64,000 nt of DNA from Planctomycetota bacterium (GCA_026991575.1 JALXBF010000027.1:1-64000), one strand, 5' to 3'. Counted from the first letter of the stretch, positions 1-11,151 are shown. Notes: generated by a model from the sequence alone, not told the origin. Numbers and translations: made by a program.

Positions 1-125
1 GGCATGGCATAACGGCGAACGGCCGATTGCCTGCGGCAAACCCCGCACCGGACAACGCGCGAACCAGACTCGCCCCGATCCCAAGCGACCACCAAGAAGG
101 GGAAACTTCTCAACTTGAAACGGCA
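1..125 (+). mobile_element. Terminal part of an IS630-family element (runs off window start)
   Basis: Close match to the reverse complement of 56838-56960, the end of the IS630 element at 56835-58095 (ggcataacggcgaacggccgattgc...ggggaaacttctcaacttgaaacggca). Confidence 0.8.
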
Positions 126-229
126 TCAGGATACGATGACTCTGTCGGAAAATGCTGGTCGCATGAAATCCCCTGCGTCGGGGAAGGTCGCTGTTACGCA
201 ACCCGACCCCGAACGCAGGGCCGCGCCGC

Positions 230-1005
230 ATGGACGCACGCTATCGTTGTCCGAAGCCAATTGTAGCGTTGATCAACGTGAACGTAATTGTGGCGTCCCT
301 GGACGTTGGACCGCGTTGTGGGCCGGATCGGCGCAGTTGGCCAGCCACGTCGCTGAGGCGGATCTGCAACTCGATCTGGTATCAGATGCGTTCGGGTTGC
401 CAGCGGAAGGCCGTCCCAGCCACGCATGAGCTGGCCAATGGGCGCACGGCACACGGGTGGTTCGCACGGTGGACGGAGGCTGGGAGGTTCGCACTGTTGC
501 ACCTGGTGCTGGTGGGATTGTACGTGGAGCGTGGTCGGGCACGGCTACGTTGGCTCGGGATTGACTGCACCCTGGTGCCGGCGCCGCTGGAATGCGCGGG
601 CAGCGGGCCCAATCCAGCAGCCCCTGGGAAGGAGGGGATGAACGTGTCGGTGGTGGTCGACAAGACGGGTGTGCCGCTGGCAGGGCAAGTGGCTGAGGCG
701 AACACCCCGGACTTTAAGCTGTTATGCGAGACGTTGGCGGCGTTAGCTGGGCCGGTGTTGGACGGGTGGGCCAGGGCAGGATCCGACCTGAGCTGGTCGC
801 ATACAAGGGCTATGACCACAACCAGGCCTGTGACCAAGCAGCCGAGTACGATTTCACGCCACGGTTCGCCAAGCGGCGTGCCTCCTACAGGCGGGCGCCG
901 AAGAAGGTGCGTCGAGTGCGGGCCAACACGGAACGCGCTGCAGCTTGGCTGAAGTCCTTCCAAGGGGACGCCTGTGCTGGGCCCGCAAGCGGTGCTGCTA
1001 TCTGA
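230..1005 (+). pseudogene. IS5-family transposase, frameshifted
   Basis: N-terminal IWYQMRSGCQRKAVP...TAHGWFARW, then IDCT and VVVDKTGVPL...ANTPD; the C-terminal part (AYKGYD...TERAAAWLKSF) is in another frame (724..1005). Confidence 0.75.
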
Positions 1006-1313
1006 CCGCTGTCGCCCTCGCCGCAGGGCACTATGTCGTGCGAGCTCTTCCTAAGAGCCTCGTCTGTGCGATCACGCCTTGTCCCCGATAGTGCAGCGCC
1101 GCCACTCTGCCTTTCCTGCATTTGCACCTTCGGCTCGGCCAGCCTATCCCGAGACCCGCTCTGTGGTCCGTGCGCTATCTGTTGTATGACGACCAGCGGG
1201 GCAACCTATCCATACAATGCACCGCCGTCTGCCGCCGTTCGCAACCTTTCCCTCCCCTATGCCCCTTATCTCGCATACCTGGAACGCAGAACTCCCGGAC
1301 AGGCTCGACGTCA

Positions 1314-2513
1314 TCAGCGGCCTGCACGGTTCAGCCTGCGGCGGAATCCCCACAAGATCGCCACGGCAGCACTAATCACGGCCACACCCGCGCCCACAGC
1401 GACATAGGCCCGACTGAGCTCGCTCGGCTGACTGGGCTTCGCCGGCTGACTCGGTGCGGACGGCGCGTGAGCAAGATACCAGCTTCCGTCCGCCCGCTTC
1501 CGATACCCCGCCATCGCAACGTCCTCGCCGCTGATGTTGCGGAGATCGATGATGTTGCCTCTTGGCGGCTTCCGCGACCCGATGACGGAAACGACACCGT
1601 CGGGGATCCGGAACACAAAGTCCTCCGCGAGCGGCTCCTCCCCCGGCAACTCCGACAGTTCATAGACAGCCACAGAGACAGTCGTCTCGTCCGACTCCCT
1701 AAACGCCCTTACATGGCGACGCGGCACCGGTACGCCTCGGACAAGGTGGAACTCCTCGTTCAAATAGTGAGCCTCAAACCGGCGGGCCCCGGATTCGCGA
1801 ACCTGGATGCATGCTACAGGGACGTACATGCCAGACCGAAGTTCCAACCGGACTGTCGTGCGAGTGGTTTCTGGTGGACTACCGCCTCCGAGCGTCCGCG
1901 ACTCGAAGTAGTACTCACGCACACGGCGCTCCCCCTCGCGGCTTTCCTTGCGGCTCCCGGCCACCAGCTCCTCTGGCAAGCCCGGTATGCCCTCTCGGAT
2001 CCTGACCAACTCGCCTCTCGCCGTTGCCAGATCAGTCCAACAAAAGTCAAGAAGCAGGCGTTGGTCGCCCGATGCGCGCATGACCTTCACATCCGCCGTA
2101 CCCTGCTCGTAAAGGACCATCACCGGGTCCACGAAGTCGTTGCGGAAGAGTATTGTCCTGGGCATCGGCGAGCCAGGCCGCCCTGCGACGCCCGGAGGAA
2201 GCTGTGGGAGGCGGTCAGGCACGGGAGGGACGACCTCGAGACGAACCAGATCACCATCCACGGAAATGAAACCGCGGTAGTCCTTCCGTGGTTCCTCGAT
2301 CCACTCGCGGCTCTTTAGAGATTGCCAATTCCCCATGGTCCGTGACCAGCTTGTCCGGAACCGCCAACTCGTCGTCCAGCTGTGCAGGATCTCGAGCAGC
2401 TCGTCGTGCAACGCGATAGGCTCGTCCGCCGCAGCGAGCCGAGCTCCGACGGTCCATGCAACCACTAGAGTCACAGCAATGGACGCCGAGCTTACTCGCC
2501 TCGCCCCGTTCAC
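1314..2513 (-). CDS. Hypothetical exported protein with C-terminal membrane anchor
   Basis: GTG at 2513 with GGGAGG upstream; signal-like N-terminus (IAVTLVVAWTVGARLAAA-DEP) and C-terminal TM followed by RRR. Confidence 0.7.
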   Translation of the reverse strand: MNGARRVSSASIAVTLVVAWTVGARLAAADEPIALHDELLEILHSWTTSWRFRTSWSRTMGNWQSLKSREWIEEPRKDYRGFISVDGDLVRLEVVPPVPDRLPQLPPGVAGRPGSPMPRTILFRNDFVDPVMVLYEQGTADVKVMRASGDQRLLLDFCWTDLATARGELVRIREGIPGLPEELVAGSRKESREGERRVREYYFESRTLGGGSPPETTRTTVRLELRSGMYVPVACIQVRESGARRFEAHYLNEEFHLVRGVPVPRRHVRAFRESDETTVSVAVYELSELPGEEPLAEDFVFRIPDGVVSVIGSRKPPRGNIIDLRNISGEDVAMAGYRKRADGSWYLAHAPSAPSQPAKPSQPSELSRAYVAVGAGVAVISAAVAILWGFRRRLNRAGR

Positions 2514-2623
2514 GACATGCCTCCCGTCTCGCGCTGCGTATCTGCCCGAACAATGCTCGTCGTATAAGCCCTCTGCGGGGGGGAGGATTGCGGTCGCCAA
2601 ACGGGTCCCGACACAGAGAGGCG

Positions 2624-2752
2624 CCGCATGGACGTACGGTATCACTGTTCGGAACCCATTGTAGCGTTGCTCAACGTGAAGGTAATTGTGCAGTCTCTGA
2701 ACGTTGGGCCGCCTTCTAGCCCAGGTCGGCGTGGTCGTCCGGCCACATCGCT
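2624..2752 (+). mobile_element. Truncated second copy of the IS5-like transposase 5' end
   Basis: Aligns to 226-355 (MDVRYHCSEPIVALLNV vs MDARYRCPKPIVALINV); similarity stops where the hairpin element begins. Confidence 0.65.
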
Positions 2753-2822
2753 AGGCGAAGCGACCCCGCACGGGGGGGCGTCCGAGTCGGCGCAGCGGTT
2801 GAACAACGCAACCCACACCGCT
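2752..2822. repeat. Partial copy of the dispersed multi-hairpin element
   Basis: taggcgaagcga...gcagcggttgaacaacgcaacccacaccg matches 27432-27498 and 54152-54215. Confidence 0.7.
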
Positions 2823-2921
2823 CTCTGTTCGGGGTCGTTCCGCTTCTGGGCGAACAGGCTCAGCGTGAAGCGACCCCGTCCGAAAAACGCAGCAGCCGGG
2901 GGGCTTGATTGGTGTTGGCCG

Positions 2922-5900
2922 CTACGGGTGCCCGTGGGTGATGAACGCAGCCCAGTACAGTGGCGGGGCAATACGGCGGCGAGCGTCCTGCTCGGCGCGC
3001 AGGGCAGCGATCAGCTCCAGCTGTGCCTGGCGCAGCGCTGCGGCAGGCCGCTTGCCTTCGAGCCACAACTGCACGAACCGGCCCATCAGCCGTTGCGTTT
3101 CCCGGTCCGGCACCTTCCACAACGACGCAACCACCGTCCGGGCACCCGCCAAGCGAAACGCCCGTCGCAAACCGATCACACCTTCGCCGATCTGCACTTC
3201 CCCCACACCAGTCTCGCACGCGGACAACACCACCAATTCGGTCCCCGTCAGGTCCAGTCCCGCGACGTCCATTGCGGTCAGCAGCCCGTCGGTAAAGCCC
3301 GCCGCCAGCCGCTCCTGCCAGCGGTTCGCCCCCGCCAACGCCAGACCGCTGCGCAGTTCAGGGGCTCCGAGGCCGTTGGGCTGGTTCGCCTTCGGCGGAT
3401 CAGCACCAGGCTGCGGCACCAGCTCAATGCCGCGTTGACCGGGCCCGGCGAGCGCGACCGGCGGAAGCAGGTCGGGCAGGAAAAACCCGTGGGTGACGAA
3501 GTACAGGAACCGGGGCCGACGGATAGCAGCGACCGCCTCTTCTGTGGCCGCCGGTCCGCTGAGCAGCCGCGCAGGAATGCCTTTAGCACGGAGGTTGTCC
3601 AGGACCGTTTCGGCCTCTCGGGCGAACCCCGGCAGGCGGCGGAAGCGGAGCCCGTCGAATGCTCGGAACCCACTGGGCGTCGTCTGGGCCAGGAGTCTCA
3701 ACGGCGGCTCCTCGCGCGTCCCATCGCTACTGTTGTAGTCCGGATCAGCAACCACGACCGCCACAGGGTTCCGCCCTGCTAACTCCGGCTCCGGCATCAG
3801 CTCGCGTCCGTGTGCGACGTAGCTGACCTGGTATCGTTCGATAAGGTAGGACTGGCCGTCTGGACGCAGTGCCTCCAGTGGCAGAAGAGCCAGCGTTCCA
3901 TCGGGCGACACGTGCAACGTGCGGATGTCTGGTCCGAGGGCTTCGTACAGCGGCCGCCAGAGCCGTTCGACCAGGGTTTTTTCCGCCTGGCTGTCCAGGC
4001 CACCTGCCTGGACGGCCCGCCGCCACCGAACGATCGCCTGGTCAATCGGTGCGGCTTCGCCCAGTTGGACGTAGCGCACGTATGGCCGACCACCTTGCCT
4101 CCGGAGGATGATCGCTGCGTAGCGAGGTGACACCCAGTCGGCAAGTTTTCTTTCGCGGTCGTAGCGGAACGGCTGGTAGTGGACAAACTCAATCAGCGCG
4201 GCGTCATCGCCAAGCTGGTTGGCGAGTTCCGCGGCTCCTGCACGCTCGGCGCGTTGCAAGGTGGCGTAGGTGGGCAGACGCGCTGTCAGTTCGGCTTCAG
4301 CCCGTTCCAGTCGTTCCTCGTGCCGTTTGCGCCGGGCTTGAAACTCCTCTGGGCTCTCGCCAGGTTTGGGCCCGCGCATGAGGACGGCTGCCAGTGTGGC
4401 CCGCTCTGCGAGAACGCGGCGATGCAGTTGCCTGATTTCGGGGTCGCTTGCCCGCACGAGCGCTTCACGCTGTGCCCGTAGCGCTCGAGCGGACGGTGCT
4501 TTCCAGTCCAGTACCAGCTCCAAAATCTCCTCGTACGACTCGACGGCGTCGGCCAGGGTGAGCGCTTCGTAGAGGTGATGGCGCCACCGTCCGGCCAGAC
4601 CGCTGTGGCGGGCCTGGGTCGAGGCAGCCACCTCTCGGGCAACCGCGCTCGCGTACGCGCGAGCCGCCTTCACGAACGCGTCCCGAGCCTCGGGTAGACG
4701 GTTTCGGGCAGCGAGAAAATATCCCAGCGCCCGTAGCGTGCCGGCGAAGCTCGGATGGTGTTCCCCCAAAGCTGCTGCTTCGATTTGGAGTGCCTCGCGG
4801 TACAGCCGCTCAGCCCGGCCGTAGTCCTCCAGAGCGAAATACACACGCGCTAGGTTGCCGAGTGTGCTCGCGTAAGTCGGATGGTGTCTGCCTAGCCTTT
4901 CCCGTTCGATCTCAGCTACTTTCTCTAGCAGGTCCCGGGCCTTGCTGTACTCCCCGCGCCGAGAATACACAACGGCAAGATTGCCCAGCGTAGTCGCGAA
5001 GCGAGCGTCTCGCTCGCCGTACACCGTCCGTTCGATTGCCAGCGTTCTCCTGAGAAGTTCCTCGGCGCGGTCGAGGTCACCGACCGCGAACGCTAGCACA
5101 GCCAGGGCATTGAGCGTCGCTGCGTAGTCGGGGTGCTTCTCTCCAAGAACTCGACGACGGATCTCCAACGCACTCGTTAGGTGCTCCTCGGCGCGCACGG
5201 CTTCCCCCATCTGTACGTAGAGCATCGCCAAGTAATAGAGTGTGGTGGCATAGAGCGGGTGGTTCTTACCTAGACGCTCCTCCTGCCATTGCAAAGCTTC
5301 CTTCAGTAGCGCTTCCGAGCGGGCATACTCCCCTCTTTCCCGATACAGGTCCGCCACGTTAACAAGGATCGCTGCGTACCAGGGATGGCGGTTCCCGACA
5401 GCATCTCGCGCCAGTTGAAGCGCCTCCAGCAGAAACGGTTGTGCTCGATCGGGATACCTCATGCCCAGGTACATCGTCCCGACATTATTCAAGATTTCCA
5501 GATAGACCGGGTGATGCTTCTCCAGAACCTGCCTGGCAAGGTTCAGGGCTTGAAGCAGGATCGGTTCGGCCCGGCCGTAGTCGCCCAGATTCATGTACAA
5601 CCCTGCAAGGTTCTGCAGGCCGCGAACATAACCAACCGAGCGCTTGCCAATGGTAGCCTCCTTGATCGCTAGCGATTCTCGCACTAGCGGAACGGCCTTC
5701 ACATACAGGCCCGCCGCAGCGTAGGCCCGTGCCAGGTTGTGCAGCGCTGTGGCATAGGTCGGATGGCGCTCACCGAACGATTGCTTGGCAATCTGCGTGG
5801 CCTGTTCCAACAGTTGCAACGCCCGCCGCTGGTCGCCGGTGATGAGGTAGCGGGCAGCCAGGTTGTTCAGCGCGCGGCCGTAGTGGCGGTGCCCCTTTCC

Positions 5901-6494
5901 CAGCAGCTCACCCCGAATAGCCAGCACCTTTTGCAGCCGCTCGATGGCTTCGCGCTGACGGCCAATCCGGGCAAGCTGGCTCGCCTCGACCTCCAATGCG
6001 TCGGCCACCTTCAGACGCTGGCGCTCCTCCGCGGACATGCGGGACAGGCGCTCGGCATCTTCCAAAGCCAGTCTCGCATCTGTCACGCGCCAGTGTTTCG
6101 GATGATCTGGCGATGGATACAGTTTTCGGTAGATCTCCAACACTTCACGGCGGCGTTGCCGGGCGGCCTCCCACTGGTCGGCCTGCTCGTGCAGTCCGGC
6201 CAGCAGTTGCAGCGTCCCGGCCACCTCTTCGTGTACCGCGCCATAAACCTCCCGCTCGATGGCCAGAATCTGTTCGGCTGCCGTCACGGCCTCGTCGAGT
6301 TGCCCCTCGGCCCGCAACTGACGGACGCGCTGCACCAGCCGGTCGCGTTCTTGGAGCTTGGCTTCCAACTCCTCCGGAGTACGCTGGTCCGCTGCTGGTG
6401 GCGGCGGCGGACTTTCGGTCGACTGAGCGCCCACGCTGCCGGCCAGGATAATCAACGCAACACCGATAGCCGATAACAAACGTTTTCGAGCCAT
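2922..6494 (-). CDS. Secreted TPR-repeat + CHAT (caspase-like) protease
   Basis: Signal peptide; many ~42-aa kinesin-light-chain-type TPRs (HPxYAxxLxNLA); CHAT dyad THGFF and LSACETG; terminal PLYWAAF. Confidence 0.93.
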   Translation of the reverse strand: MARKRLLSAIGVALIILAGSVGAQSTESPPPPPAADQRTPEELEAKLQERDRLVQRVRQLRAEGQLDEAVTAAEQILAIEREVYGAVHEEVAGTLQLLAGLHEQADQWEAARQRRREVLEIYRKLYPSPDHPKHWRVTDARLALEDAERLSRMSAEERQRLKVADALEVEASQLARIGRQREAIERLQKVLAIRGELLGKGHRHYGRALNNLAARYLITGDQRRALQLLEQATQIAKQSFGERHPTYATALHNLARAYAAAGLYVKAVPLVRESLAIKEATIGKRSVGYVRGLQNLAGLYMNLGDYGRAEPILLQALNLARQVLEKHHPVYLEILNNVGTMYLGMRYPDRAQPFLLEALQLARDAVGNRHPWYAAILVNVADLYRERGEYARSEALLKEALQWQEERLGKNHPLYATTLYYLAMLYVQMGEAVRAEEHLTSALEIRRRVLGEKHPDYAATLNALAVLAFAVGDLDRAEELLRRTLAIERTVYGERDARFATTLGNLAVVYSRRGEYSKARDLLEKVAEIERERLGRHHPTYASTLGNLARVYFALEDYGRAERLYREALQIEAAALGEHHPSFAGTLRALGYFLAARNRLPEARDAFVKAARAYASAVAREVAASTQARHSGLAGRWRHHLYEALTLADAVESYEEILELVLDWKAPSARALRAQREALVRASDPEIRQLHRRVLAERATLAAVLMRGPKPGESPEEFQARRKRHEERLERAEAELTARLPTYATLQRAERAGAAELANQLGDDAALIEFVHYQPFRYDRERKLADWVSPRYAAIILRRQGGRPYVRYVQLGEAAPIDQAIVRWRRAVQAGGLDSQAEKTLVERLWRPLYEALGPDIRTLHVSPDGTLALLPLEALRPDGQSYLIERYQVSYVAHGRELMPEPELAGRNPVAVVVADPDYNSSDGTREEPPLRLLAQTTPSGFRAFDGLRFRRLPGFAREAETVLDNLRAKGIPARLLSGPAATEEAVAAIRRPRFLYFVTHGFFLPDLLPPVALAGPGQRGIELVPQPGADPPKANQPNGLGAPELRSGLALAGANRWQERLAAGFTDGLLTAMDVAGLDLTGTELVVLSACETGVGEVQIGEGVIGLRRAFRLAGARTVVASLWKVPDRETQRLMGRFVQLWLEGKRPAAALRQAQLELIAALRAEQDARRRIAPPLYWAAFITHGHP

Positions 6495-6599
6495 GGCAGC
6501 CCCCCTTGCGCAGACGAGCTACCGCGCGCGCAGCGAACCGTGAAGGTGCTGCTCAGATGGTGCGATCCGCGCCGCCCGCTGATGGTCGCCTTACCGCTG

Positions 6600-8441
6600 C
6601 TAAGGCCCCGGGCCTTCTGCCACGGACTGGACCCGGAACGGAACCATCAGCTCAGCCACCTGCGACTGTTCGCTCTTCGGTTCGATCAGCACGCCACGCA
6701 GCTGGTCCTGCCAGCGGTTCAGCTCTCCAGGACTGCGGAAGGCCAAGTAAGGACCGAGTGGAACGCCTCCGTCCGGCTGCCACGGACGCGTGGACGCAAC
6801 CACGTAGAACCGCTCCAGCCCGCTGGAGGCTGTGGCCCGCAGCACGTACCGGTTGTTGCCAGGAATCGTCCGTACTTCTCCGGCGCGGATCCGCGTGTCA
6901 GTTTCGTATTGATTGGGAAAGATCTGCGTCACCTGGCCGTTCGGGTCGATCCACCATACCGCCACATGGCAGTCCTGGTCCGCCCGAACCTGCAAGGTGA
7001 TGGAATCACCCGCACGCAGCAGAATAGGCCTGTCTGGCGAGGCACGGACTCCGGACACCTCCAGCGTCAGGCCGAAATCTTGCCGCAGCAATCGGGCAGG
7101 ATCCAGTACATCCACGTCGGGAACCGCAACGGATGACTGGCCAGAGGCAACCGCCTTAGCCGTTGGGGCAATGCTCAGGCGAGCCGGTACCGACGGAGAT
7201 GATTCGTCGGGTTCCGCCTGGCCCGGTCGAAGCAGGGCCAGCCCCGTTCCGGATGCAGCGAGAACGACTGCCGCAGCGGCGGCCCAGATCCTGCGCCGCT
7301 TCACGGCCTGCCGGGACTGGCGGATCGCACGGGCCAGTTCGCTGGCCGACTCGAACCGAGCCTCCGGCGCCGGAGCCAGGCAACGATGACAGATGGTTCG
7401 AATCCATCGCGGTACGCGCCGGTTCAGTTCCTCTACAGGAATGATGTGCCCCTTGCACGCTAGATCCCAGGCCAAGATCTGCATCGGAGCGTTGAACGGG
7501 GCCTGGCCCGTGAGCAACCAGTACAGCACCGCACCCAGGCCGAACAGGTCGCTTCTGGGATCGATGCGTTCCGTTTCGCCCCGAGCTTGCTCGGGCGCCA
7601 TGTACGCCGGCGTTCCCCGGATTCGCCCCGGCTCCGCGTCCGCCGCGGACCCGGCGAGCCCAAAGTCGATGAGTCGCGGCACGCCGTCGTCACCCACGAG
7701 AATGTTGCCCGGTTTGATGTCCCGGTGCAGAAGCCCACAGGCATGCACCGCAGCCAGACCTTCGGCCACCTGAGCCACGAGCTCTACCGCTTGCTCTGGC
7801 GTGAGCTGCCGGTGACGCCCGACCTCTAGTAGAGACCGGCCCGAGACGTACTCCATGACCAGGTACGGTGTCCCGTCGGGCAGCCGTTCCGCTCCGAAGC
7901 ACTGCGCGACGTATCGGCTTTTCACTCGCGCCAATGCGCGTCCTTCACGAAGCACGGCCTCCCGATCCGCCTCGGTCCGCAGTTTGTGATAGAGCTTGAT
8001 AACGACGTGCCGTTGGAGATCCGGGTCGAAGGCAAGCAGCGTGTTTGCCTGCCCACCCATCCCCAGCTGCCGACGGACTTCGTACTTGCCAATCCGCCGA
8101 ACAGGCTGGGCTGGCTCGACACCGGCGGCAACCGCGTGCCGAGATACGGTAGCATCGCCTGGCGAAGCTGTCCGCCCGGCCTGTTCAGGCGGACACAAGG
8201 GCTGCCGGTCGTCGGCTTGTTGCGGCGGTTTCTGGAACCGACCCGTGGCATTGGCGTCTGTCGACCCGTCGGGCCGAACGGGTACGGTCTCAGCCGCCCC
8301 GCTGGCAGCCTCCGGCTGAGGGGAATCTTCGGACGAGTCCCGACCGTGCTCAGCTTCCCTGGCCTGTCCTGCCGGTTCACGCTCGTAAAGATCATCGCGT
8401 GGGTTGTCAATCGGACGCATAGCGAATGCTCCCGATGCCAT
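6600..8441 (-). CDS. Membrane Ser/Thr protein kinase with C-terminal DUF4384-like domain
   Basis: LGMGGQA, VIK, HRDIKPGN, DFG, GTPAYMAPE; TM segment; C-terminal GDSITLQVRADQDCHV...QIFPN resembles DUF4384. Alternative start at 8420. Confidence 0.9.
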   Translation of the reverse strand: MASGAFAMRPIDNPRDDLYEREPAGQAREAEHGRDSSEDSPQPEAASGAAETVPVRPDGSTDANATGRFQKPPQQADDRQPLCPPEQAGRTASPGDATVSRHAVAAGVEPAQPVRRIGKYEVRRQLGMGGQANTLLAFDPDLQRHVVIKLYHKLRTEADREAVLREGRALARVKSRYVAQCFGAERLPDGTPYLVMEYVSGRSLLEVGRHRQLTPEQAVELVAQVAEGLAAVHACGLLHRDIKPGNILVGDDGVPRLIDFGLAGSAADAEPGRIRGTPAYMAPEQARGETERIDPRSDLFGLGAVLYWLLTGQAPFNAPMQILAWDLACKGHIIPVEELNRRVPRWIRTICHRCLAPAPEARFESASELARAIRQSRQAVKRRRIWAAAAAVVLAASGTGLALLRPGQAEPDESSPSVPARLSIAPTAKAVASGQSSVAVPDVDVLDPARLLRQDFGLTLEVSGVRASPDRPILLRAGDSITLQVRADQDCHVAVWWIDPNGQVTQIFPNQYETDTRIRAGEVRTIPGNNRYVLRATASSGLERFYVVASTRPWQPDGGVPLGPYLAFRSPGELNRWQDQLRGVLIEPKSEQSQVAELMVPFRVQSVAEGPGP

Positions 8442-9165
8442 TCAGCGGCGAATCAAGCGACGTGATGGAACACCAGTGCCGAAGAAGGCCAGTCCCCGCA
8501 TCGGATGTACCCGCGGGCTCAGCCACCGCCAGTGCCGAAATCGCCTGCCGGGGCACGTGCGCGCACGCACCAAACCCGGACAGCAAGATGTCGAGCTGTT
8601 GCTCGTACACGGACCGCGGAGTCATGTCGTGACTACCCAAGCGTTCCAGACGACCTCCTCGTGATTCACTAGAACCACCCGAAGAGGAAGTCCCGAGTGC
8701 CGCTGCCTGATGCTCGCCGGGTCCCGGCCCCGAGCCGGCCGAGCGCACGCAACAGTGCTGCCACTGGTAGGAAACGCTTCAGCAACTGCCCGGCGGACGG
8801 TTCTGGAAATCAGCGGCGCTGCGTGTGTCTCTCCTTGTGCAACCCGGGTGTCGGAGCAGGGACAGGCTCAGTGGATCGACGTGCGTTGCCACCGTCTTGC
8901 CTAGGCCAGCCAGTGTGGTCGCTCCGCGAACGACGTCCGGCTGCCGCGGTCAACCCAGCAGCGGTTTCCGCGGGTTGTAGCACGACAGTGCCTTGTCACA
9001 CTCGATCCGCCTGAGGACACAACCAAAACCCATCCCACGCGGTTGAATATACCGCAACGGCGCAGCAGTGCCAAGCCCCTGCGCGGCTTCGGGTGCGTTT
9101 CAACTTGTACGCGGGGTGGTACGTCCAATCCCCTCGATCGAACTTACGTTCCGCCGGTCAGGTCG

Positions 9166-9820
9166 ATGGGGCAGCAAGCCCGGGGTGGCTTGGGCCAGTC
9201 CCCTCCGAACCGAACGTGCGGTTCTCCCGCATCCTGGACCTTCCGCAGTGCGAGCGGTGCGGGACATACTCCGAACCGCACGTGCGGTTCTCCCCCATCC
9301 GGCTCTCCGGTCGGCGGTCTTACCTCAATGAGGACCAACTGACCTTCTGTGTGCGGGCTGCCTCCAGGCTCAACAACCCACACCGGGCCGGGACCTCTCC
9401 GTCCCCCCCTGTCACCAGGGCCGGCGCCAGACAACCTCGAGCTTCACGGCTTCCGCCACGGCCTCGCTCCAGCTTCTCCACCTGGTCTAACCCATGGCGG
9501 ACACACATGGTGGGGCTCACTGCCGTTGCACCTTCCAGTCATCTCCGCCTTCCTGGGTCCCTTCGCTCTGCCGGCACTACCCCCCTTTCCTCGCTTGTTT
9601 CTGGTCCGTCGGGCTCCCGACGGCCCCCCTCTCCTGTCGGTTCGGTGCTTTGGTTCGCTCGAGCTCACCGAGGACCTAGCGGACCGCCGCCCGCGGCGCT
9701 GCTGCGGTGGATTCGCGCCGGCGCCGGTACCGCAGCGAAGCTGCTTCCGCTCGCCGCCTGCCCAGGAGAATCCCGCCACTCGGGCCGCGGGCGGGATCGA
9801 CCCGCCCGCGACCCGGCCCC
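9166..9820 (-). mobile_element. 5'-truncated ORF-less group II intron (copy A) with two domain V-like hairpins
   Basis: Minus strand GAGAGCCGGATGGGGGAGAACCGCACGTGCGGTTCGGAG (DV), a second DV-like copy, DVI ending ...CCCCAT; DIII-like GCGAAGGG; close match to 33669-34205. Confidence 0.8.
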
Positions 9821-11151
9821 AGGGACACCGCCCTGCCGCCGCGGCCTACGCCCGCGGCGGCAGGGTAGAAGGAGGCTCAAGTGGATACCGAGGGCGTCAT
9901 GGAACGAACTTGCGGTGTGGGGGTGTAGAACACGCGCTGTTCGCTTCCCGAAGGCTGGCCCGTCACCCTGGCCATCACGTCACCTAGCGACGGCGCCACT
10001 ATGGTTCTGTAGGAGCTCAAACGCCCCATCGAGGCCCAGCCGGTTGACATCGCCTGGCGACGGGTGGAAACTAGGATGCTGGATTGCGATAACCGCGAGC
10101 TCTGCGTCGTCGCTGCAGCGTTGCTTCGTGCACACGAAGCGCCAGGCGACGCGTTGGCGACCGGAGAATTGGCTGCCTGAGGATCCAAGACGGACGCTGT
10201 AGAGGCTCGCTCCGGAAGCCAAGGTAGAGTGCCGAAACCGACGGGCCTGAGCTGTTTCGCGGGGCGTAGTTCGCCTCACCGTCTCGGTCGGCCCCGGGGC
10301 AGTCCGGCCGATTGTCCCGGGTGGGATGCACTGCGCTGACCCGAACGGGAGGTGATTCGGAACCCACGAGGTAGTCAGATACAAGTGATGCAAAAGCTGA
10401 ACCGTGGCGTGCTGGCAGCCGGGTCGCCACTGGCGCTTCCCAGAGGATCCGTTCGAGCGCCGAAAGGATCACTAGGGCGTGCCAAAGCCGGAGGGACTGA
10501 CTGATGGCGGAACGCTCGGCCGCTCGAGTTCTGCGAAAGATCGACAACACTCGCGCCGCCTACCACCGCCCGCCCCTGCCTGTCGTCCCGGGGGAAACTC
10601 GGAAGTCCCCCGCTGTGCGGCGCACGTTGTCCTCAATCTGCCATCCACGCGCCGGCGGCCAGCTCGGACAAGGTCGCAGATTGGTGGACGTAACTCAACA
10701 CACTCCGCGCTGCCCCCGAACATCTGACAACAACGCCGAGACACCAACGGGGACTTCCGGGTTAGGGAGGAGAATTCTGCGAACGCTACGTGACAGCTCT
10801 CCCGCTAGCACAGGCGGTGAGCGCCGCGCGAGGGACCGGGTGGAGTGCATGCGGGCACGGCAATCTCTGATCAATCAGCCCTGTGGATCAATCAGCGTCG
10901 TGGCCAGCCGTCGCGGAATCCGAGAGAGGCTCCGCATTGGTCGACCTGCCCGTGGTCTGCCGGTGGAGAGCGGCGCAGCTACGAGCGCCCGTGTACCGTG
11001 AACGCGAGCGAAGCGGAGAAACGACATCAGTCATGCCGAGCTCGTCTCAGCAGCGTGCCGCTCCTGATGCCTTGCTCGGCTGCTGCCACATACGTGAACG
11101 GGCCACTGCCTCAGGCCTCAGGCGTCGAAGGATGCCGTGGAGGTGGGCCGT

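Noticed and set aside
1122..2318. 398-aa + strand ORF (similarly 2628-3782 and 28032-29180)
   Set aside because: Shadow ORFs opposite better-supported genes in GC-rich DNA.
8407..9000. ECF sigma factor expected upstream of the kinase
   Set aside because: No sigma region 2 or 4 motifs found in the listed frames.
9040..9115. GTTGAA/GTTTCAAC motifs suggesting a CRISPR repeat
   Set aside because: Single imperfect inverted pair, no repeat-spacer periodicity.
9870..10185. Possible gene after a GGAGG RBS (GTG at ~9881)
   Set aside because: Two in-frame stops and no recognisable family.
9093..10202. Long + strand ORFs here and at 33356-34743
   Set aside because: Antisense to the group II intron RNA; Pro/Arg-rich with no protein motifs.
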